Assembly: GCA_944326945.1 (NCBI GenBank)
Contig: CALVFY010000008.1
Location: forward strand, 9,994-73,993
Length of the DNA: 64,000 nucleotides
Reading direction: 5' to 3'
From: an uncultured Rikenellaceae bacterium
Lineage (GTDB): Bacteria > Bacteroidota > Bacteroidia > Bacteroidales > Rikenellaceae
A program made the position numbers and the translations under genes. Below are positions 57,628-64,000 of the stretch, piece after piece (positions within the stretch are counted from its first letter, which is position 1; each line of letters opens with the position of its first letter). The notes under the pieces were generated by a model, which had not been told where the DNA came from, did no database searches, and worked only from the letters and a program-made list of their open reading frames with translations.

Positions 57628-58269
57628 CTATTTGTGACGCCGCTCCAGCTCCTTCTCCAGGTCGGCAATCGAGCAGCCCGTAGCCTCCAGCAGCACCAAT
57701 AGGTGATAGATCAGATCGGAGGCCTCGTAGATCATGTCGGCCTTGTTACAGGCCACGGCCTCGATCACCGTCTCTACAGCCTCCTCACCCACCTTCTGAG
57801 CGATCTTGTTCACCCCGCGCTGGAAAAGTTTCGTCGTATAGGATCCCTCCGGCATATCACGGTGACGCTGACGGATCACCCGTTCCAACTCCCGAATAAA
57901 TCCTTCGGTATAGGGAACTTTTTCGCCGGCTTCAGCCTTGGCTCGGGTCTCCGCATCAGCAAAACAGGTCTTGGTTCCCGTGTGACAGGTGGGCCCGTGA
58001 GGATCGACCCGGATCAATAACGTGTCGGCATCGCAATCCACCGCAATGGAGACTACATCCAGATAATTACCACTCGTTTCCCCTTTAGTCCAAAGACGTC
58101 CCTTCGTTCGGCTGTAAAAAGTGACACGTCCCTCGGTCTGTGTCTTTTCGAGTGCTTCCCGATTCATATACCCCAACATCAGTACAGCCAGGGAGGCATC
58201 GTCCTGAATAATGACCGGAATCAAACCGTCGCCGCACTTGGCAGCATTCAAATCTTCGAATTTAATCAT
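57628..58269 (-). CDS. hisIE: Bifunctional phosphoribosyl-AMP cyclohydrolase / phosphoribosyl-ATP diphosphatase
   Basis: 213-aa ORF. The HisI part has SRTKGRLWTKGETSGN...DCDADTLL...GPTCHTG and the HisE part has KVGEEAVE...EASDLIYHLLVLL. Confidence 0.9.
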   Translation of the reverse strand: MIKFEDLNAAKCGDGLIPVIIQDDASLAVLMLGYMNREALEKTQTEGRVTFYSRTKGRLWTKGETSGNYLDVVSIAVDCDADTLLIRVDPHGPTCHTGTKTCFADAETRAKAEAGEKVPYTEGFIRELERVIRQRHRDMPEGSYTTKLFQRGVNKIAQKVGEEAVETVIEAVACNKADMIYEASDLIYHLLVLLEATGCSIADLEKELERRHK

Positions 58270-58286
58270 CTTATCATTAGATTTAA

Positions 58287-59045
58287 TTAGATCAATCTCA
58301 CGGGAATCCCCATCGTATGCAACTCCTTCTTCAACCGAGGAATCGGAATCTCCCCATAATGAAAAATACTGGCCGCCAATGCCGCATCGGCCCGACCCAT
58401 AGTAAGAACATCTGCTATGTCCTGCACCGATCCGGCACCGCCCGAAGCCACCACCGGGATCGACAACAGATCGGACAATCGTGCAAAAGTTTCACAAGGA
58501 TATCCGTTCTTCGTCCCATCGTGGTCCATCGAGGTGAATAGAATCTCCCCCGCGCCACGCTCCTGAGCTTCCCGGGCCCACGCAAAAAGTTCTCTCTCGG
58601 TGGGCCGTTTGCCTCCGTGTGTAGTCACCGTCCAGCGTCCGTCGATCTGCTTGGCGTCAATCGCCACTACGACAAACTGATTCCCATATTTGGCGGCAAT
58701 CTCGTCGATCAACTCAGGACGACGAACTGCCGCACTGTTTACCGTAATTTTATCCGCCCCGGCACGCAACAACAGACCGGCATCCTCCACCGAAGAGATG
58801 CCTCCTCCCACCGTAAAGGGAATATTGATCTGCCGGGCGATACGCGTTACCAGTTCGGCAAAGGTCTTACGCCCCTCAAGCGTAGCACTTATGTCGAGAT
58901 AGACCAGCTCATCGGCCCCCTCCTCGGCATATTTCTTTCCCAACTCCACCGGATCGCCTACCTGTTGGAGTCCCAGAAAATTAATTCCTTTCACCGTAGC
59001 CCCATCCTTGATGTCAAGACAGGGAATTATCCGTTTTGCAAGCAT
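58287..59045 (-). CDS. hisF: Imidazole glycerol phosphate synthase cyclase subunit
   Basis: 252-aa ORF containing [15 protein letters not shown]...VKG...DELVYLDI...GGGI...AGADK...NSAAV...[15 protein letters not shown]. Confidence 0.95.
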   Translation of the reverse strand: MLAKRIIPCLDIKDGATVKGINFLGLQQVGDPVELGKKYAEEGADELVYLDISATLEGRKTFAELVTRIARQINIPFTVGGGISSVEDAGLLLRAGADKITVNSAAVRRPELIDEIAAKYGNQFVVVAIDAKQIDGRWTVTTHGGKRPTERELFAWAREAQERGAGEILFTSMDHDGTKNGYPCETFARLSDLLSIPVVASGGAGSVQDIADVLTMGRADAALAASIFHYGEIPIPRLKKELHTMGIPVRLI

Positions 59046-59755
59046 GTTTCCAACTCCTTAAGAGTAATACGACCTTCGTAAATCGCCTTTCCTACAATCA
59101 CACTGCGGAGTCCGCGAGCATTCAAAGCCAATATATCATCCATCGAGCCCACGCCTCCGCTGACAGTAATATTTATTACAGAATATTTAGTTTGAAGCCG
59201 TTCATACATCTCGAATGCAGGCCCTTGCAACATTCCATCTTTCGAGATATCGGTACAGATCACCTGGCTCAATCCGAACGGCGCGAAACAATCTATCAAC
59301 TCGTCCACACTCCGTTCCGATTCGCGCAACCAGCCATGAGTGGCCACTTTACCGTCCCGAACATCGGCTCCAAGGATCACATGTTCCGGCCCGAAATCCT
59401 TCAGCCACTGGGCAAAAAACTCCGGATCGGTCACCGCCACACTTCCGCAAATCACCCGGTTGGCACCACTATCGAGTACCGCCCGCAGAGAATCGGCGCT
59501 TTTAATACCACCGCCCCACTGAATATCGAGTTTCGTACGGGTAGCCACACGCTCCAACACCTTCAGATTCATGGGTGACGAAGCCTTTGCTCCATCCAGA
59601 TCGACCAGATGGATCCTTCGCAATCCGATCGCCTCGTAACGGACCGCCACTTCGGCCGGATCCTTAAAATAGGAGGTCTTACGTCCATAATCGCCCTGCG
59701 TCAGACGAACACATTCTCCCCCAATAATATCGATGGCAGGTATAATCTCGATCAT
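59027..59755 (-). CDS. hisA: 1-(5-phosphoribosyl)-5-[(5-phosphoribosylamino)methylideneamino]imidazole-4-carboxamide isomerase
   Basis: 242-aa ORF containing [23 protein letters not shown]...HLVDLDGA...QWGGGI. It overlaps hisF by 19 nt. Confidence 0.9.
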   Translation of the reverse strand: MIEIIPAIDIIGGECVRLTQGDYGRKTSYFKDPAEVAVRYEAIGLRRIHLVDLDGAKASSPMNLKVLERVATRTKLDIQWGGGIKSADSLRAVLDSGANRVICGSVAVTDPEFFAQWLKDFGPEHVILGADVRDGKVATHGWLRESERSVDELIDCFAPFGLSQVICTDISKDGMLQGPAFEMYERLQTKYSVINITVSGGVGSMDDILALNARGLRSVIVGKAIYEGRITLKELETCLQNG

Positions 59756-60372
59756 AATTCCAAAAAGTTTTTCAGTATCCGTTCCCCAATCCGGCCACTC
59801 TTTTCGGGATGGAACTGTGTTCCATAAAAATTATCTCGTCCCAATGCCGCACTGAAAGGCATACCATACAGAGTCGTGGCAATGGTCTGCCGGGAAAGTT
59901 CCGGCGCATAAGAGTGGACATAATAGACGTACGCACCCTCATCCAAGCCGGCAAACAACGGAGTACGCAGATGTGCGATCGTATTCCATCCCATTTCGGG
60001 CACTTTCAGCCGCTTCGCCACCGGCCCCATACATCCGCAAGGACAAACAGGACGAGCACCGAGCCGTTTGACCTCCGCATCGAAAATTCCCATACAAGGC
60101 GTATTACCCTCTTCGCTGCGACGACACATCAATTGTACACCGATACAAATCCCCAACACAGGTTGGGTGAGCGAACGAATCACCTCGACCAGGCCACGCT
60201 GTCTCAACTTCTCCATCGCCGTCGAAGCCTCTCCCACACCGGGCAACAATACCCGTTCAGCCCCACGAATCTTCGCCGGATCGTCCGTCACCATAAATTC
60301 CGCCCCCAATCGTCCCAAAGCATTGGCCACGGAACGGAGATTACCCGTATCGTAATCAATCACCGCGATCAT
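59752..60372 (-). CDS. hisH: Imidazole glycerol phosphate synthase glutamine amidotransferase subunit
   Basis: 206-aa ORF containing [15 protein letters not shown]...LLPGVG...[10 protein letters not shown] (catalytic Cys)...VPEMGWN...HSY...FHPEKS. A short Cys-rich insert precedes VPEMGWN. Confidence 0.9.
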   Translation of the reverse strand: MIAVIDYDTGNLRSVANALGRLGAEFMVTDDPAKIRGAERVLLPGVGEASTAMEKLRQRGLVEVIRSLTQPVLGICIGVQLMCRRSEEGNTPCMGIFDAEVKRLGARPVCPCGCMGPVAKRLKVPEMGWNTIAHLRTPLFAGLDEGAYVYYVHSYAPELSRQTIATTLYGMPFSAALGRDNFYGTQFHPEKSGRIGERILKNFLEL

Positions 60373-61499
60373 AATACCCCCTTGCTGCTCGGCAGCTCAT
60401 AAGAAAAGACATTTCGGGCGATCGCCATCCGCATGGCCCGGGCGAAAGCCTTGAAAATACCCTCGATTTTGTGATGTTCATTCTCTCCGCGGGCCGAAAT
60501 GTGCAGATTGCAGCGGGCCGATTCGGCCAAACTTTTGAAGAAATGACGAAACATCTCGGTCGGCATATCGCCCACCCTTTCGCGACGGAACTCAGCATCC
60601 CATTCAAAGTCGATGCGTCCTCCGAAATCGAGCAAGACCAAAGCCCGGCTTTCATCCATCGGCAGCGCATATCCGTATCGTTCCATTCCCCGTTTGGAAC
60701 CGAGCGCCTGGAAAATCGCCTCTCCCAGCACGATAGCCACATCTTCTATGGTATGATGTTCGTCCACCTGAAGATCGCCATGAGCCTCAATTCGGAGAGA
60801 AACACCCGCATGGTGTACGATTTGATCCAACATATGGTCGAAAAATCCGATCCCCGTAGAAATACTCGACGCCATCCGACCATCTAAATCGATCGAAACC
60901 GTAATTTGTGTCTCCCGCGTCGAACGAGACACGGTTGCCGTGCGATTCTCGGCTCTCAAAAACGCCGCTACTTCGCACCAGCGATCGGTAACCAATACAC
61001 ACACCTCGGTCAATCCGGCCTCCGCAAGTTGCACTTCACCCACCTCCCGAGGTCGCAACAAAATTGCCCTTGCCCCCAAATTTCGCGCCAGCAACACATC
61101 CGTCAACCGGTCGCCGATCACATAGGAGGCTGCCAAATCGTACTCTCCGGAGAGGTATTTGCCAAACATCCCAACGCCTGGTTTCCGCGTAGGAGCGCCT
61201 TCACGTTCGAAGGTGGAATCAATCAGCATATCATCAAACCGAATACCCTCGCCCGCAAGTGTCTTCAGCATCTTCTCGTGGACCGGACGGAAGGTCTCTT
61301 CCGGGAAACTCTCCGTCCCCAAACCATCCTGATTGGTCGCCATGACATATTCGTATCCCAACCCGGAGAGGGATGCCAGCGCCGAAATCACCCCCGGCAC
61401 GAACTCCAGTTTCTCCAGCGAATCCACCTGTTCGTCGGCCGGTTCGACAATGATCGTCCCATCCCGGTCAATAAACAACGCTTTTTTCTTCTCACTCAT
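60369..61499 (-). CDS. hisB: Bifunctional histidinol-phosphatase / imidazoleglycerol-phosphate dehydratase
   Basis: 376-aa ORF. The N-terminal HAD part has [11 protein letters not shown]. The C-terminal IGPD part has [11 protein letters not shown]...[12 protein letters not shown] and [14 protein letters not shown]. Confidence 0.9.
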   Translation of the reverse strand: MSEKKKALFIDRDGTIIVEPADEQVDSLEKLEFVPGVISALASLSGLGYEYVMATNQDGLGTESFPEETFRPVHEKMLKTLAGEGIRFDDMLIDSTFEREGAPTRKPGVGMFGKYLSGEYDLAASYVIGDRLTDVLLARNLGARAILLRPREVGEVQLAEAGLTEVCVLVTDRWCEVAAFLRAENRTATVSRSTRETQITVSIDLDGRMASSISTGIGFFDHMLDQIVHHAGVSLRIEAHGDLQVDEHHTIEDVAIVLGEAIFQALGSKRGMERYGYALPMDESRALVLLDFGGRIDFEWDAEFRRERVGDMPTEMFRHFFKSLAESARCNLHISARGENEHHKIEGIFKAFARAMRMAIARNVFSYELPSSKGVL

Positions 61500-61512
61500 A
61501 TCCTGTTTCCGT

Positions 61513-62592
61513 TTATTTCATCTGTTTCAGCACCCGGATCAACCGGTCGTTCTCCTCGGGTGTTCCCACCGTAATACGCAGACATCCGGCACATCCGATC
61601 ATCCGGGAACGATCGCGCACGATGATACCCGCTTCGATCAACGCCTCGTAAACACCCCGAGGATCGTCCACCTTCACCAATACGAAGTTGGCATCGGAGG
61701 GGAAAACCTGCCGGATCACCGGACACCCGGTCAATTCCCGCAGCATCCGTTCGCGTTGGGCTATCAACTCGTGCACCTGATCGTCTACAGGATGCTCCAA
61801 TCGTTCCCCCACAATCCGCTGAGTCAATCCGTTGATATTATAGGGATACTTCACCTGCGAAAACACCTCCACCACCCGGGGCGAAGCGAATGCCAAACCC
61901 AAACGCAATCCCGCCATACCCCACGCCTTGGAGAGAGTCTGCAGGACAATCAGATTGGGATAACGCTCCAGATCGGCCAGAAGACTCGCCTGCGAAGCAA
62001 AGTCAATATAGGCCTCGTCCACCACCACCATACCAGGGAAACGATCCACGATTCGAAGCAACTGTTCTCTCGGGAAACTGTTTCCCGAAGGATTGTTGGG
62101 CGAACAGACAAACAACAATTTCGTCCGTTCGTCGGCCGCCGCCAACAGAGCCTCCTCATCCAACGAGAAGTCCTGCCGCAAAGGCACCTCACGGAATTCC
62201 ACATCGTTGATCGACGCCGCCACCTTATACATCCCATAACTCGGAGCGATCGAAACCGCATTATCCACGCCCGGACGACAAAAGACCCGATAAGCAAGAT
62301 CGATCGGTTCGTCGCTGCCGTTGCCAATAAAGATTCGTTCTGCAGACACTCCCTTGATGCGGGCAATCTGACGTTTCAACACCCTCTGGTGGGGATCGGG
62401 ATAACGGTTGTACCCATTATCATAAGGATTTTCATTGGCATCCAAATAGATTCCCAACTCCCCCTCGTATTCGTCCCGTGCCGTGGAGTAGGGGGCCAGT
62501 GCCCGGATATTGGGACGAATCCACTCCTCTATCTGCCGGGCCATATTCTCCGTATCTTGTTGTTCCATAATATGCTGATCCATTAATTTCAC
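61513..62592 (-). CDS. hisC: Histidinol-phosphate aminotransferase
   Basis: 359-aa ORF opening at GTG 62592, with an alternative ATG at 62583. It contains LDANENPY...NGSDE...SPNNPSG...VVVDEAY...[16 protein letters not shown], which includes the PLP-binding Lys. Confidence 0.9.
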   Translation of the reverse strand: MKLMDQHIMEQQDTENMARQIEEWIRPNIRALAPYSTARDEYEGELGIYLDANENPYDNGYNRYPDPHQRVLKRQIARIKGVSAERIFIGNGSDEPIDLAYRVFCRPGVDNAVSIAPSYGMYKVAASINDVEFREVPLRQDFSLDEEALLAAADERTKLLFVCSPNNPSGNSFPREQLLRIVDRFPGMVVVDEAYIDFASQASLLADLERYPNLIVLQTLSKAWGMAGLRLGLAFASPRVVEVFSQVKYPYNINGLTQRIVGERLEHPVDDQVHELIAQRERMLRELTGCPVIRQVFPSDANFVLVKVDDPRGVYEALIEAGIIVRDRSRMIGCAGCLRITVGTPEENDRLIRVLKQMK

Positions 62593-63869
62593 TCCTGCGA
62601 AAGACGAATCGCCACGGCATTACGGTGAGCATCGAGCCCTTCATTTGCCGCCATCGTCATAATCGCACCTCCCAACGCGACAAGACCCTCCCGGGAGATC
62701 TCCTGATAGGTAATCTTACGCAGGAAACTGTCCGTATTCACTCCGCTGAAAGCCCGCGCCCAACCCGAAGTCGGAAGCGTGTGATTCGTACCCGAGGCAT
62801 AATCGCCCGCACTCTCCGGAGTATAATTGCCGATAAAAACACTGCCTGCTGCCGTAATCTTCGAAGCCACCTCCCAGGGATGCTCCATGGAAATGATCAA
62901 ATGCTCGGCCGCATAGGCGTTGGCAAAACGGATCATCTCCTGCGGTGAATCCATCACAACCAGCCGACTGCCATCGAGTGCCTGTCGGGCAATCCCCCCA
63001 CGAGGCAACAAGGCCAACTGACGCTCAACCTCCCGGCTCACCTGCTCGGCAAACGATCGCGACGTACACAACAAGATCACTTGACTGTCCGGACCATGTT
63101 CCGCCTGCGAAAGCAGATCGGCTGCCACAAACGAGGGACGGGCCGTCTCATCGGCCATCACCATCACCTCCGATGGCCCGGCCGGCATATCGATCGCCAC
63201 CTGCGACGTACTGACCAACTGTTTGGCCCGAGTCACATAGCGATTACCCGGGCCGAAAATCTTGTCCACCTTAGGAATACTTTTCGTTCCATAGGCCAAG
63301 GCGGCAATGGCTTGTGCACCCCCTGCCTTGAAAATACGTGTCACGCCACAGAGCGAGGCTGCATAAAGAATTTGAGGCGCAATTCGACCCTCTTTATCAG
63401 GCGGCGTACAAAGTACCACCTCGGGGCACCCCGCCACCCGGGCCGGAATTGCCAGCATCAGCACAGTCGAAAAGAGCGGAGCCGATCCACCTGGTATGTA
63501 GAGTCCCACCCGCTGAATCGGTACGGGACGTTGCATGCACCGCACACCCGGGACAGTCTCCACCTCCACCCGCCGGGGAAACTGTGCCGCGTGGAACCGT
63601 TCTATATTATCCGCAGCCTGCCTCAAAGCCGCCTTCAATTCATCGCTGACCAGGGTCTCTGCCTCCCGAATCTCATCGGCACTCACCTCCAGTCCGGGCA
63701 ACACCACTCCGTCGATCTCCTTCGAAAGCGCCAACAGAGCCTCATCGCCCTCCTTACGAACCCTTTCCACAATTCGGGCCACTCGAGCCTCAACCGCCGC
63801 ATCATCCCGACGATTCCTACTCAAAAGTCCCTCCCATTCCCGAACCTCGGGATTCACATAGATCTCCAT
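62589..63869 (-). CDS. hisD: Histidinol dehydrogenase
   Basis: The ORF opens at TTG 63875. The ATG at 63869 (MEIYVNPEV) overlaps the hisG stop (TGATG). It contains IPGGSAPLFSTVLM...DMPAGPSEVMV...LLSQAEHGPDSQ...NAYAAEHL. Confidence 0.95.
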   Translation of the reverse strand: MEIYVNPEVREWEGLLSRNRRDDAAVEARVARIVERVRKEGDEALLALSKEIDGVVLPGLEVSADEIREAETLVSDELKAALRQAADNIERFHAAQFPRRVEVETVPGVRCMQRPVPIQRVGLYIPGGSAPLFSTVLMLAIPARVAGCPEVVLCTPPDKEGRIAPQILYAASLCGVTRIFKAGGAQAIAALAYGTKSIPKVDKIFGPGNRYVTRAKQLVSTSQVAIDMPAGPSEVMVMADETARPSFVAADLLSQAEHGPDSQVILLCTSRSFAEQVSREVERQLALLPRGGIARQALDGSRLVVMDSPQEMIRFANAYAAEHLIISMEHPWEVASKITAAGSVFIGNYTPESAGDYASGTNHTLPTSGWARAFSGVNTDSFLRKITYQEISREGLVALGGAIMTMAANEGLDAHRNAVAIRLSQE

Positions 63870-64000
63870 CACCAAATCATTTTTTCGAGCGCCAGCACCA
63901 GAATATCCTCGGCACCGATCGCCTTGAGTTGTTCGATTTTATTCCACAATTCCCGTTCATTCACCACCACATGCATGGAGCACCACCCCTCTTGGGCCAA
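63869..64000 (-). CDS. hisG: ATP phosphoribosyltransferase, C-terminal fragment (5' end lies outside the window)
   Basis: The minus-strand frame is open from the window edge and reads ...LAQEGWCSMHVVVNERELWNKIEQLKAIGAEDILVLALEKMIW, with stop at 63869-63871. It sits at the head of the his operon. Confidence 0.75.
   Translation of the reverse strand: MAQEGWCSMHVVVNERELWNKIEQLKAIGAEDILVLALEKMIW

Noticed and set aside
61333-62586. A 417-aa plus-strand ORF antisense to hisC. Similar ORFs lie opposite hisB, hisH, hisA and hisF.
   Set aside because: These are shadow frames within a contiguous, motif-verified his operon.
1-64000. I scanned intergenic regions for CRISPR arrays, rRNA, tmRNA/RNase P-like RNAs, retron or DGR-like repeats, toxin-antitoxin pairs and known defence-system gene sets.
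   Set aside because: No spaced direct-repeat array exists. No non-coding gap exceeds about 370 nt, and the largest gaps are explained by the tRNA, the riboswitch or promoter/terminator regions. No nuclease, helicase or methylase clusters typical of defence islands were seen. Small structured RNAs cannot be fully excluded without covariance-model searches.

Overview
This window reads as a chromosomal segment from a Bacteroidota (Bacteroidales-like) genome. Support: lipoprotein signal peptides ending in Cys, TAnnTTTG-type -7 boxes, and NigD-like, PCMD and GldH-like families. It is densely coded, with about 60 genes, one tRNA and one riboswitch. I saw no rRNA, CRISPR array, transposase or integrase.

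Gene order, left to right:
- A mannoside phosphorolysis module: GH130 fragment, GPH symporter, AGE-family 2-epimerase, plus a GH38 alpha-mannosidase.
- A carboxyltransferase-BCCP fusion, a sialate O-acetylesterase, lysC, a prolyl oligopeptidase and dapD.
- A large PCMD lipoprotein with an overlapping outer-membrane beta-barrel gene.
- A Na/Pi cotransporter with an apparent 3' frameshift, then birA, rpiB and an ECF sigma/anti-sigma-like pair.
- The block rsfS-ftsH-cdsA-psd, an AI-2E transporter, rarA, a clpC-like gene, a MATE transporter, a PSP1/RicT-like gene, a gldH-like gene, trmB and tRNA-Asn(GTT).
- A roughly 7 kb lower-GC accessory island (about 39.0-46.1 kb).
- An aldo/keto reductase, pstSCAB-phoU, and two convergent HdeD/DUF308 genes.
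- A cobalamin riboswitch in front of a beta-propeller lipoprotein, a cytidylate-kinase-like gene, a second MATE transporter and an AlkD-like repair gene.
- A complete his operon (hisG partial, then D, C, B, H, A, F, IE) on the minus strand.

The most interesting region is the island directly after tRNA-Asn. It has a divergent AraC regulator and an operon of radical-SAM activase, an unusually short 711-aa glycyl radical enzyme (GRE), a small cupin, and a UroD-fold protein. An FHS-like MFS transporter follows. The GRE has a canonical Gly loop but a non-canonical Cys loop. The UroD-fold protein carries an MT2-type H-x-C...C zinc signature. I cannot match this gene combination to any characterised glycyl-radical pathway. 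All functional calls rest on motif and family recognition by eye; no database search was possible.
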